Assembly (NCBI GenBank): GCA_001642005.1
Contig: LWCA01000241.1
Span: 1-37,162 of the forward strand
Source: Intoshia linei
Lineage: Eukaryota; Animalia; Orthonectida
Direction of reading: 5' to 3'
DNA: 37,162 nt
Part shown: one piece after another, positions 9,069 through 25,315 of the stretch
Layout of the letters: every line of letters starts with the position of its first letter
How positions within the stretch are numbered: the first letter of the stretch is position 1
Made by a program: the position numbers and the translations under genes
The notes under the pieces: model-generated
The model's input: only the letters and a program-made list of their open reading frames with translations
The model's database searches: none
What the model was told of the DNA's origin: nothing

Positions 9069-12000
9069 ATGTGCGACGAACAACAATTTTGTAGTGTTCG
9101 CCAGAAATTAGATATTTTAGGTTATCAACAACTTTTAGGAATAGAAAGTTTACCATTAGTGGAAAGACTATTGAGTGATTTAATTAAAACTACTGAAAGT
9201 TTAAAGGAATTAAAATCTTATCACGTCAGTAATGATACACAACTTCCAAAGGAGGTTATTCGACCATATCAAGAAGATAATGCAAAATTAGTGCGAGAAA
9301 ATAATGATTTACATTTGAAAAATTTGCATTTAGAAGAAGACTATTCTTTAGAAATAAGTAAACTAAATAATGATCTCAAGAGTAAGGACTGTAAAATTGC
9401 TGATGTAATTTTTCTCAACGAACAATACAATATGCGTATAATAGATCTAGAAAAAGAGTCTAATGAAAAAACAAAAGCTATTAACATTTTACAAAAAAAG
9501 AATTTGAAAGCGGTCGTTTGTACTCCAGGAGGAAAAGAAAAACAGATTGCTTTTAGACGTCAACGTATGAACGTGGATGCCCTAGTTGATGAAAATTTGG
9601 AATACGAAGACAAGAGAAACGTTGTTTCTAAAAAAGAATCTGTAGATTTGATAAAAATATGCGACTCAAAGATTGAAAAACTGGAAAATGAAAATAAAAT
9701 ATTTTCGAAAGAAATTAAAGATAATAAATCTTTAATAATTTCATTAAATGTTCAGATTAAATCGAGACAACAAGAAATTTATAGATTGCAAAAATTGCTC
9801 GATGGAGGTAAACCCATGAATGTAATTACACTTGAAAATGAACAGTATCAGAACGAACGGCTGATTACAAGTATAAAATTGCAAATGGACATGTTACAAG
9901 CAAAAAATGATGAATTAAACTCAAAATTGGCTAAATCAGAAAGTCGTGAAATGCAAAAAATTGATGAAATCACAAGATACAAGTCTTTATACCCAGATTG
10001 TGATAATGTTTCAAAATTGGAGGAAAATTATCTTTGTAATGAAATTGAACAATTAAAATTAAAGTTGGAATCCTTATGTCTTGAAAATACGAAATTAAAA
10101 CAAAATCTACCCATCTTTGATGAAAACGATTCATATAAAAACATGTACCAAGAATTAAACGACATGGTAAATAGACTAATAAAAGAAAAAAAGAAATTGG
10201 CAGTACGAATTACCAATTTATTGAAAAGAGAAAAAGAAATGTGTCTTAAACTTTATGGTCAAAAAACTCAACCAAAAAATCGTTCAATGACAAATTTGCC
10301 TCCAAAGTCTGGATTTTGTAAGCCAATAAATAAAAATATAACTAGTATCAAAATGGAAGATTACAATGTGTTATTGAGAGACATTGAGAAAGATCGAGAT
10401 TATTGGATGCAAGAATCTCATGAATTACACAATTTGTTGGGGATACGACAAGAATTTGTAGATTTTAACAAGGAGAGTTATTTAACAAACCAACTTTCTG
10501 AATTGAAACAACATATACCAAAAGGCAACGACGAAACTGTTGTTCATTATTCTCGTTTAATCACGGCAATTGAACAAGAAAGGAATAGCTATCGAGATGA
10601 ATGCAATTCGTTGCGAGAAGAGTTGAAGACTTGCAGAAGTTTAAAAATAAAAATCGACAATTTAGAAAGTGAACAAAATTGCTTAATTGATGAAAATCGT
10701 AAATTTTCTGCAGATGTTGTTCATTCTAAAAAGCGAATAGCTGTTTTGATGAAAGATCGTATGGACCTGCAACGTGAGGTCAGTGAATTGACGGGAAAAT
10801 TAAGATTTGACAAAGTCCATAACTGCGATAAAATTGTCAATACGATATATGATAAAAGTGAAGACACAACTGGATCAATGCGTCGATTAGAACACGATAG
10901 AAGAGATGCTATCACAAATTTGGAAAAAATTAAAGCTGAACGTGATGAAATTCGATATAGACTAAAAATGAGTACTGAAAGTCAGTTGGAGGATAGGTCA
11001 AGATTAGAATACCGAAACGATGAAATTTGTAAACAACTTAGAGAAGCTAACAATGATTTAAAATCCACAGAATCCGAAATATCTAAATTACATAACAATA
11101 TTGATTTAAAAGAAAGGGAATTACGTAGTGTAATGACCGATTTGGATGCCAGTAAGAATGAAACTCTGAAATGGCGCAATGACGCCATAGAATACAAAAA
11201 TATCAATGTTCAGCTCGAATGTGCTCGTAAAGATGTAGATTTAAGATTGGAAAGAGAAATTAGTGAAACTAGAAAATTGAATAACATTATAAATTCTCAA
11301 AAATTAGAAATACAAGAATTATCTGACCAACTGTGTGCATATAAAGCAAGTGTCGTATCTCTTGATAGCAAAATTATTATTCTAGATAAAGAAAGGGACG
11401 ATCTTCAATCCATGGTTGATTGTAAGGATGAAAGAATTTCGTCTCTAAAAAATGAAATTAATGATATTAACCAAGTTATCGAAAGAACTAAGATTGACAA
11501 GGATAAAATGAGCAGGGATTTAAATATCAAGAAACGCGAATTGTCTGATAAATTACAAGAATTCTCATCTACTGTTCGGTCCATTGATAGGTATAAAGAT
11601 GAATGTAATTCTTTTAAAAATACAATTGAAGAAATGCAATCGGAAATTAGACGTTTGTATGAGGATATTTCTATCATGACGAGGGAAAAACAAGAAAACA
11701 ATGAAAAGATAATTGAATTGACTGCTAATAAACAAGATTTAAAAGATAAGATTGGAGATTTTGTTTTAGCTGTTCAGCAAATGGATGAAATGTTGATGGA
11801 AAAGGATAAAGACAAATCTGAATTAATGCATCAATATCAACAATGCACGCTGTCTTTGCAACGGTTACAGGGAGAAAATCAAAATTATGCTAATGAGAAT
11901 CAAACTATCAAATCTCAATTAATGTCTAGAGAAGATGAATTGAAATGCCTTCGTGACAGAATGGCTACCATCACTTTGCAATCTGATGAGGTTTTACAAT

Positions 12001-14352
12001 ATTTTATTTATTAGAATTTGCATATTATTTTTTTGGATTCCGGGCCTATGATTAAGTGTGAGATTAAGATTATTGTGAAAATTGTCTTGGTTGGTACCAA
12101 AAATTTCAAAATAAATTCCTTTTTCGAGGGTACCCGTGGTTAAATTTTTAATGTGTAGTAGTTTTAACTGTGGGTATCATTCAAATTTTTACAGTCTAAA
12201 ATATTGTCATATTCTTCGAGGGATTACTTTGAGCAAAGTCGAAATGTATCTAAACTTGGCCCAATAATTTAAATAAAGAAAGAATTTCAACAATGTTTTA
12301 CATTTTATTAACTAAACTATATTATTTTAAACCAGGGATTGGAAATAATTGATTGCAATTAATTTTTTGCTAAATATTAATTTTTCAACACGTTCCTATT
12401 CAATTTCCCAGGTTCCCACACTTTTTTTTACGGCGAGCCGGTAAATTATAAAATTCATCGTGGACCATTAAAGTTAAATTAAAAAAATTGTTAAGTTAGA
12501 GCTGTTTAGATACAAGAATACCCTTATATTTAATTGAAAATTTTGAGAAACCCATAAATGACTGATGACTTTAATATGTTAAATAGTAATTATGTTGCAG
12601 TTATAAATCAGCTTTTTAAAATTTTTAGAATAGGAATCAGAATCGTTAAAAATTTAGGAATCGCCGCATCACAAATGAAAGCATACATTATTTATTTTTA
12701 AAATCCTTATGTATTAAATTTGATTAGAATGGCGTTATAATAATAATTTACATTATGTAATTGTAAATTAAAGTTAAAAAAATATAATATTATTTACTCT
12801 TTTGTAAAAATCCCCTAGTTTGAATTCCCGTGTTAATGGTTCTTTAACTGGGTATCGTATTTATAGGCAATTTTATGACGATGCACGAGAAATATGGTGT
12901 AAACAATAATATCATTCTATTGATTGTAAATGAAAAATTAATGCAGTTTACACCAAAGTAGATGGCACGCCATCCTAAGCTACCATGAAATTTATTAGGC
13001 AAGGTATATTGACTTTATTATATTCGTTCAGTATTTTACAAATGGTATCCTCCCCACCTTTGTGTCTCATAACCACTAAAATATTTTTTTATGTTTTTGG
13101 GTATAAAATTAATGATTAAAATAGTGTTAATAATTGTAATAATGTGTGTATTAAATGTAATAATTGATGATAAAATTAAATATTTTAATGTTAGATGCAC
13201 AAAAAATTAATGTCATCTGAAGATAATGCAATGGAAATTGCTCTAGGAAAAAAAACAACAGAGCAACAATTGGAATTTTGTGAATCTGAAAAGAAATCAT
13301 ATTTAAAGGAAGTAAAAGCAATGAGACAACAATTATCGCACTATGAAATAAATAAGGATGATATTCAAAAAGATCTTGCATCGAAAAGTGCCGAACTATT
13401 ACGAGTAATATTATATTCTAGCCCAGGGTTCTGAACGGTGGGCGAATCTTCCCTTGGGGCGATTTTTGTATTTCATAAAATACATAATCTAAAACAATTT
13501 AAAAAGAATGGTGCTCACAATTTCGGAACCACTAGTATATAGCTCTTTTTCAATTATTCGGTGGGCGACCGGTTGAGAAACACTGCTTTAAAGTTTAGAG
13601 ACTCAACCTTTTGTGAAAATTTATTCAGTATTTTTTTTGAATTGTTGTTTCACTCGACTTGCTTTAAATCTAACTTGTATAAAAATATTTAGATGAGATG
13701 TCCGGGCAAAATGTTTTAATTCTGAACGTTTTATATTTTGGGAACCATAATATAAATCAATGTTTAGCTCGACTCTGCATACGATAATACTTTAAACGAA
13801 TTAAATTCACTTCGCAAACACAGCGACGAGCAACGTAAGTTAAGTGAAGAATTACAAGACATGCTGAGCAATAAACGAAAGCGTGAATACGAATTAGACC
13901 TTAAGGATCAGGACAAGGAACATGAAATTTTAAACTTGAAAAATAAAATCAAAATATTCGAAAATATCATGTAAACATTTTATTTTATTTGATGGAAAAA
14001 TTTATTTTAGATCAGAAAAAGATGATGAAATCAGCAAACAATCCATAAAAATAAAAAACAATGAAATCGAATTTATTGATATTCAAGACAAACTAACTCA
14101 TGAACGCTTTGAACGGGAGCGAGTTGTACAAGAACTTAAACATTCTAGTTTCCGATCAAATACTCCAATTCAGCTAACATCTTATTCCCACAATTATTCT
14201 GCAACTTCCACAAGCCCCAATCAAATATCAGATCGAAGTAACGACGAATCAAATATGTAAACGAATTTTTATTTACATCAATTGTGTTTTATTCATCTCA
14301 ATTTAGATACAATGACGATCACACAGACACAAGTGCATCAACCAAATATTAA
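9069..14352 (+). CDS. CEP135: Centrosomal protein CEP135/Bld10; exons 9069-11990, 13195-13404, 13768-13970, 14011-14256, 14307-14352
   Basis: N-terminus VRQKLDILGYQQLLGIESLPLVERLLSDLIKTTESLK, then PYQEDNAKLVRENNDLH and AVVCTPGGKEKQIAFRRQRM, a long coiled coil, and C-terminal LTHERFERERVVQEL. GT-AG introns keep the frame. Confidence 0.93.
13424..13585. mobile_element. Short decayed hAT-type MITE in CEP135 intron 2
   Basis: Termini CAGGGTTCTGAAC and GGTTGAGAAACACTG. Both flanks fit nnnTAnnn but do not match each other. Confidence 0.4.
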
Positions 14353-14383
14353 AATTTATTTTATACATATATAAAATTTACAT

Positions 14384-16123
14384 TTACACGTTATATTTAC
14401 ACAAGACATTGTAGATTCGAGCTCGTTTACTGGTTAGTATTATAATTTTTTCTTTTTCAAACCCCATATTAACGTTTAAAGATGTAATACTAATGGGGGT
14501 TTCTGTTAGTAACAAATTTTCAATTGGGGAAAAGTTGGCGTCATAAACATTAACTTCGTTATCATGTGCATTTAAAATGTACACATCAATTAAATATTTG
14601 TTGCCGAAATGTTTTGAATAAATTTTATTGTAAATGACGTGGGGGTATTGGGAGAATATACTTTTGTATTTAATGTTAAATCCGATATTTCTATTGTCTT
14701 TCACTCGTTTTAATTTTCCAAGCTAGATAATTATGAATTTAACATTTTTAAATATATTACGTAGTAACTATTCAACTTTAACAGGTCGTCGTGGGCGGAT
14801 GTAATAAAATGTGGATAGTTTGCATCCACAGCTATACTGATACAATTTTGACAATCCAGGCTATTTCTTTTATTTCCAAAAGAAGAAATAATTTTTAAAC
14901 CGTTCAAGTCTCCGTAACAATACACTTTTTCCCTACAATTCCGAAATGAATTTATTATAATATAAAAAACTACTTTTGGTCCATAGTGGTATGGTGCATG
15001 GAGTGAATGGGTATTCTGTTGTGTTTGTTTAGAAAAAATTCACAGACGGAGCTTTTTAGGTATCTTAAATCGTATTGCTTTACTTTACTGTTATCCAAAC
15101 CAACATCAATGCAATATTCGCTAATCAAAGATTTCATGCAACTCCAAACGGGGTACCCACAATAAAACCTAAAATAAATGGATATAAAACAATTTAATTC
15201 ATCCCACCGTTTTACCACTCGCGCTTCTTTTAAAGAAGTAATATGGACATAACCACTGAGAGAACAGGACGCCATTGACTGATAGTTAGATATTGAGTCA
15301 AATTTTACAATTTTGGTATCTGCAATAATGTCACTATCGAGAGAAAAAGTTTTGATGAGTTTGCAACGTTCTATATCTACCTAAAATGTAAAATTATTCA
15401 TTTTTTTCAAATAAATACCCTTAATATTTCATGATTTTGTGAAATACTATTTGAATTTCCTATAATATACATTGAGGCATCAACACAGACAATATTTCGT
15501 GCGTTAAACTAAATTGTATAAAGATTGGAACTTAAATAAGTAGATACCTGTCCAATTTCATATTCTTGCAATGGTTCATAGGAATACGAAAAACGCGAAC
15601 TACCCAGGATATTAGAATTGATGTCTTTACTAACAAAAATATATTACATTAAATATATCAAACATTTTACTTTTCAATTAAAGATTCGCTTTTCCTTTTA
15701 AAATCTTTTAAATTCATTTCAGAATTACTCAGTTTTCGTTGTAATGTATTATTGGCAATTGATAACATATTGATCTCTTTTTCTTGTTGTTTAATTCTGA
15801 ATTGCAGAGGTTTTGTAAACATCTCGATACATGATGATTGATTCAATTGTGACTATAAAATATATTTATAATTAGCAAAATTTTTACCGATTCTTCGTAG
15901 TCAATATATAGTTTTCGAACAGTTTGCATCCTAAACGACGTTTTACAAACAGGACAAAGCTTTGCTTTAGTATACCATGTAGTTAAGCATCTAATGAATA
16001 AGTTTAAAACTTGTGAACCGATAAAAATAAATATTATTACTTATTTCCAAACACATGGCCACATTTTAAGGATACTGGAAAGTGTGTATGGGAAAACTCG
16101 TCAAAGCATATGCTGCACTTCAT
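14384..16123 (-). CDS. RFWD3: RING-WD40 E3 ubiquitin ligase RFWD3-like (multi-exon)
   Basis: RING domain MKCSICFDEFSHTHFPVSLKCGHVFGNK|CLTTWYTKAKLCPVCK..VRKLY, then a coiled coil, then WD40 segments ASCSLSGYVHITSL..YCGYPVWSC..VGLDNSKVKQYDLR and C-terminal ILTSKRARIY. Confidence 0.85.
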
Positions 16124-16454
16124 TTCCCCATAATATATTTTATTTTAAACGCAAGGTTAAGAATTATATAAAACTGAAAGTATTAGCAATAAACATAAGT
16201 GCTTATTGTAAATTAAAATTTATTAATTGTTGATCAGGAGTTAATATAATCGGGATCCAATAGTTGAATACAATACAGCATTGCATATAGGCAATGCTTA
16301 TTAGGCATTGAAGTCATATTTGAAAAAAATATACTCAACATTTCAGTCGTTTCAATTGTAATACAATTTTAAATAATCCAAAACACATGGTAACGTAAAA
16401 GATTAAAGAGAAACTAATTTTATTAGAATTTTCTCGTGTAGATTAAAAATTATT

Positions 16455-19309
16455 ATGAATAAAACTGTAATTGTAGATGCAAACGCCTTTATTCATCGCG
16501 TGGATTTAAATGTATTAAAATGAATTATTTTATAAACGGAATTAATTAAGATTTACAATGAAATTTACGTGACACCATCTGTATTGGAAGAAGTTAAGTC
16601 CTTGGAATTGATTGAAAAATATTCTATTCTTATAGCAAAATGTCACGTTCAATCACCTGAAGCTGGTTTTGTTGAAAAAGGTTACATTTTTTATATTAAA
16701 TATTGTATTTACTGAAATTAGTACGCAATGTCGCTATTGAATCTGGTGAAATTGCTTCATTAAGCAATCAAGATATCGACACGATATCTCTTATTTTACA
16801 AATTTTTAAAGAGAAATGCGGCACATCTGATATAAATGAATTGACCAAAGAAAACGATACTGAACAAAAAAATGAAGTTAAAATTAAAAAAAAAGTATGA
16901 ATTATTCTCAATAGGCCCAATCTCAACAGACCCATACATGAATAATTTATTTAATAATGGTTCTATTGAGGCGGTGTTTATTAGAGCTTTATAACGTGGA
17001 AACTTGCCATTTTTACTGAAAATTTACATGTTTTAAATTTTTTTCAAAAGGTGTAAAATTTAGCATATGGAAAAAATTTCATTCCGATCGACTCTTATTA
17101 AGACTATACTAGTAAGGTTTTTTGGATGATTGCGGATGGTTAATTTTTGTAAAATCTTGTTTTATTTTGAAAAATCATAAATAAAAGTAATTACGAAACC
17201 TTACTGAGAGTTCTCTTTTTACTTGTTAAAGGTAATGTAATGCAGTTACTTGGTAGTTTAATTTTATTTGAAAAAAATATTTTTCCATTTTGAAAAATTG
17301 AAAATTAATGGGTAATTTGTGGTTTTGACCGTGAAGGTTCCAATTTATAAATTTGAATTTTATCTTACTTCCTGTGGTGGAAAAATCTGACTTGGTATTG
17401 GTGTTTTTGAACTTCTGGAACTGTTTTTAATCAATGGTTACACAGACACATTTTAATATTTAATGGATGATATATTACTTAGAATAGTATACACTTGAAA
17501 AATGGGACTTCTAGCTGCTAGTCCCTCTCTACGTTCGTGAATATACCCGGTCTGTGTAGAACACTGTTTCCCGTTTAGGTCCCTGAACTCCTTGTGGTAC
17601 GTGAGATTCAAATAAAATATAAAATAATTTTATGAACTTTTGTTTATTGATATATGAGAAATTTTAATATTTATTATGGAGTTGTCAGGTGTCGGGAATT
17701 TATACCAAAGCCTAGAGGACCGCTACATTATTATTTCAAAAATCCCTCTTTTATCCCAGCATTAACAGAACTTATCGGTAAAAGTCAATTTTTCCCAAAT
17801 GGTTTGAATCCAATTTTACCAAACCGTAACAAAACGTAGAACGCGTTTAAAAGACGAATGTATCAATATTATGTGTGTTTTGAAACACTTTTTACAATCT
17901 AAAATAAAAATAAATATTTTTCTAATTAACATTTTAAGTAAATTTGTAAATTTCAATCTACATTCTTGTAATTTCAATTATTAAATTTCTTTTTGTTTCT
18001 AAAATTAATTGAAGTCTAAAATTTTTAATGCTTCTACATATTCTGTATATTATGTATGAATAAAAATTATTTATTTTTTCCTGGAAATCACAATCACTAG
18101 CAACAACTTATTAATCCAAAATAAAAAATCAACTTTTACCTAATCCTTAATGGAAAAATTTCCTTTTTACAATATTTTTTCGAAAAACACGATCTTACCA
18201 AATTTTATGAGACCTTTAATTGTTGTTTTTTAATTAATATCTATTTTTTGTTGTTTTTTTTTGGTGTCCAAAAAAATTAATATTTTGAAATGGGTGCCCG
18301 TACACTATATAAATCGGGAACCACTGGTGTAGAACCTTTAAACAGCAATCATCATCGTAAATTATTTTTTGTACTTTACCATGTGTATTAAAATTTAACA
18401 TTTAGAACAAGTCAAAATTGTCAAATGGAGATGAACACATAGAAGGGTTTTATTCTGAATACATTGTAAGATAAATTTTGTTAAATTAGCTCAGTAACGG
18501 AACTTTTGGTTCGTTAAAATATTTTTTTTGAGTGGAAGCTGATTTATTTGATAACTTTTTAAATAGAAAAAAAAAGGGAAAAATTCTATCGGTGACAAAG
18601 ATACGATGGATGGTTGGATAACTCCAAAAAACTACAAATCCTTGGATGCTGGTACAGGGAAGTTTTTTCAAAGTTCTACATTTTTAACATCCAATTATTC
18701 GGTTGGCTGCATTACTGGAGATTTTTCAATGCAGGTTTATTATTTATCATTTGTAATTTAATACAATGTAATTTATATAGAACATTTTGCTCAAATTAAA
18801 GTTACCAATTATAAGTCCAAATGGAAAGTTAATAAAAAGTATCCGAAATTATGCAAACAGATGTCACATTTGTGGATTGTATATATTCTTTGATATTTAA
18901 TGGAATTGTTTAGTATTGACAGTAATAAAAAGAAAAAATTTTGCCTACATTGCGGTTATGATAGTTTAAAAAAAATTGTATACACTATGGATAAATCTGG
19001 AAAAACCAAATTACATTTCTCAAAGAAATATAAAATCCATACAAAAAATACAAAGGTTTAGTTTGTGAATGTATAAAGTGTAATTTTAAATAGTATTCAA
19101 TTATTACCCCTCAATCTGGAAAACATCCTCGACAACAAATTACTTGCGCTGATCACGTTAGACCCCAAGAAAAATCAAAGAAAAATAAACTATTAAAAAG
19201 ATACGATCCTCTTTGCAAGGATTACATTGGTTTAGAATCACCTTTTGCTCCAACCAACATTAATTGCCGATCTGCCATGTTGGGAATATATAAAAATAGT
19301 AAAAAATAA
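16455..19309 (+). CDS. NOB1: RNA-binding protein NOB1 (20S/18S-E pre-rRNA PIN endonuclease), multi-exon with one ~1.5 kb TE-filled intron
   Basis: PIN motifs VIVDANAFI, YVTPSVLEEVK, SGEIASLSNQDID, GWITP and GCITGDFSMQN. Zinc ribbon RCHICG...FCLHCG. C-terminus YSIITPQSGKH...SPFA...RSAMLGI. Stop at 19307-19309. Confidence 0.93.
17562..18326. mobile_element. Buster-type hAT MITE in the NOB1 intron (same family as 24570-25307)
   Basis: Termini CACTGTTTCCCG and CGGGAACCACTG. Perfect 8-bp TSD GTGTAGAA at 17554-17561 and 18327-18334. Colinear similarity to 24570-25307; contains decayed 29-bp units. Confidence 0.85.
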
Positions 19310-19327
19310 ATTGTAAGTTATCAAATT

Positions 19328-22790
<3,463 letters not shown>

Positions 22791-23624
22791 TAAATTTTAT
22801 GTATAATGAAACATTTTATCTCACAACTCAAATAATTTTATATGGATCAAGATGGATATATGATACTAGTCGATAGTTAAATGGTCGTTTCCTTTATTAA
22901 AAACGATGTATAAGTAATCAAGTTCAATTTTTTAAATCTTTTTATTATAATAAAAGTCAATCTGAATTACAATAATTGTGTTGACCTAATAATAATTCTT
23001 ATAATAATTAATTACATATGGCAAATCAGTTCTGGTTCCGAATCTGGTCCCGTCTGAAGTTTAATCTATTAATATATTAAAGTTCAATGATAAGTTTAGA
23101 ATCAAGACGAACATGGACATAATGGCGTCAGTTAAAATTTTACAAGGATGCATTTACATTTTAATTGTATATGTATCAAATTAAAATAATTAATTAATCA
23201 ATTAATGAGGTTCATTGATTGAAGTTTGTCAGTTTTTATTTTAATTTGAATTGAATAATTTGCATAATATTGATTATTAAAGATTAATATACTTTTTGAC
23301 CATGAAGATTTCAGAAATGGATTTACTTATATGTTTGGTCCAAAAAAAAAAATTTAAAAGTACTTTTAAGTGTATTAGGGAAATTGTATAAAGCGCACTT
23401 ATGTGAATTTTCATAAAAATAATTATTTCTTCGCCACTCAGTATTTGCAATACAGATCATTGAAATAAAATTGATAGGTAAAAATATTATTATTTTCTAT
23501 CTGAACATTAGTGTAAATTCAAATAATGATTCATGTTTTTATACAATTACACTAAAATAAATCTTAATAAAATAAGCTTATGAATTAATAGAAATTGGTA
23601 AGAAAACCGGATGCCGCTTTAGAA

Positions 23625-24094
23625 CATATATTGGCAAAGTGTGGCCTGCGGACCGCATGCAGCCCTCTTATAAATTTTTGCGACCAGCGAGTGACATTAA
23701 AAATTTCGAATAATTTAAATTTAATTAATGCAATAAGTAGCATTAAACCAGATCTTATTCAACTCTCAGATAAAACAAAATCAGTCATAAGTATGAGTGC
23801 ATTATGAGTGTATGTTAATAATAAACAATAATGATTTAATTTTTTTTAATAAATTCAGCAGAATATAATAATTTACTGCATTCAAATATATTTAATGAGT
23901 AAATTTATTTCATTAACCTTAAAATATTCTTAAACTAGTGATAATAGGTTAAATAATAAGGGATTGTAATATTGATTAAAAAAATTTTTTACAAAAGAAA
24001 ATAAAGTGAAATTGAAGAATTTTTTTTGGTGCGATTCGCGATAAAATTAAATGTGCAGTATGACCCGTATCACAAAAAAGAGTGCCCACCTCTG
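23625..24094 (+). mobile_element. Buster-type hAT MITE retaining a scrap of transposase C-terminus
   Basis: Perfect 8-bp TSD CTTTAGAA at 23617-23624 and 24095-24102. Degenerate TIRs CA......GGCA and TGCCCACCTCTG, a subterminal GGCCTGCGGACCGCATGCAGCCC, and internal ISSIKPDLIQLSDK. Confidence 0.75.
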
Positions 24095-24569
24095 CTTTAG
24101 AAGATAGGTGTATTATTAAATTTAATAGTAATTATAATATAGAATAAAATCTACACATGATATTTTTCATTTGGACTTATAAAGGCTTTTATTCTGATGT
24201 TGGTCTAAATTTTGGAATAAATAAAAAATATAATTTCTGTCAACAGAAATATTTAAAATTAAATATTACAGGGTATTCGATGATGTGGTTGACAAATTTA
24301 GTCTTGTGGTCGAATATATTATTTCATGAAATCCATCTTCGCCGTATTCATGAATTCATTACAATTTATATAATAATCATCACTCACCTATCATAGAATA
24401 TCATTGGATATTATCTAACTGAAAAAAGTACTTTTTAATTTTTTACTTGATTTTTGACCACCCTAATAAAGGTTAATTCCTTGTTAACAGAATTTTGGTC
24501 CTGAAAATAAATCTCATTTCGTTAACGAAAAATTTTATATAAATAATGTATAAATTGTATACATTAAAA

Positions 24570-25307
24570 CAGTGGTTCCTGATTGGGGTCCAAAAAGCCT
24601 GGGTCCGTGAGATTCAAATTAAATATAGAAAAATTTTGATAAACTTTGTTTAATTTTATAGGAGAATTTTTAATATTTATTACAGAGTTTCTAGATGTTG
24701 ATTATCCCAAAGTCTCCATAACCGTTACATTATTATAATCATATATATTTCAAAAATCCCACTTTTATTCCACCATTAATAAAATTTAATTGAAAATACC
24801 ATTTCAATTGCTTAGGGTAAAATTGACTTTTACCGATATTCTTTTGAAAAATCTGATTTTACCTTATGAAAAAACCCAATTTTATCAACCCTTATGGCAA
24901 AAATACTTTTTTTCCAATATTTTTTTAAAAAACACGATTTTACCAAATTTTATAAAAAAAACCTCTTATTCCAACCACAAAATAAAACTACAATATTACC
25001 AACGTTAAAGGAAAATATCCTCTTTTTTCAAGATTATTTGGAAAATTCCGATTTTACTAAATCTTATGAGCAATAATATCCTAATATAAATAAATCCTAA
25101 ATACCCTAATCCAAAAACTAAAATAAAAAATTACCATCCTCATTAAAAAAATCTTCTTTTTCTAAATTTTTTTGAAAACACGATTTTACTAAATCTTATC
25201 ATGAAAAACCTTTAATTTTTTCAACAATGTTTTATATTTACCTTGCGGTCAAAAAAATAAATATTTTGAAATGGAGGTCCATAAACCATTTGAACCGGGA
25301 GCCATGG
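24570..25307. mobile_element. Buster-type hAT MITE carrying the 29-bp minisatellite
   Basis: Termini CAGTGGTTCCTG and CGGGAGCCATGG. Flanks CATTAAAA and CATTAGAA match at 7/8. Homologous to 17562-18326. Confidence 0.8.
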
Positions 25308-25315
25308 CATTAGAA

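Noticed and set aside
10028-11701. Four minus-strand ORFs within CEP135
   Set aside because: They are typical antisense frames of a coiled-coil CDS with no independent signals.
17654-17839. 61-aa ORF in the NOB1 intron (and ORFs 24790-25076)
   Set aside because: They lie inside TSD-bounded MITEs and are translations of the minisatellite.
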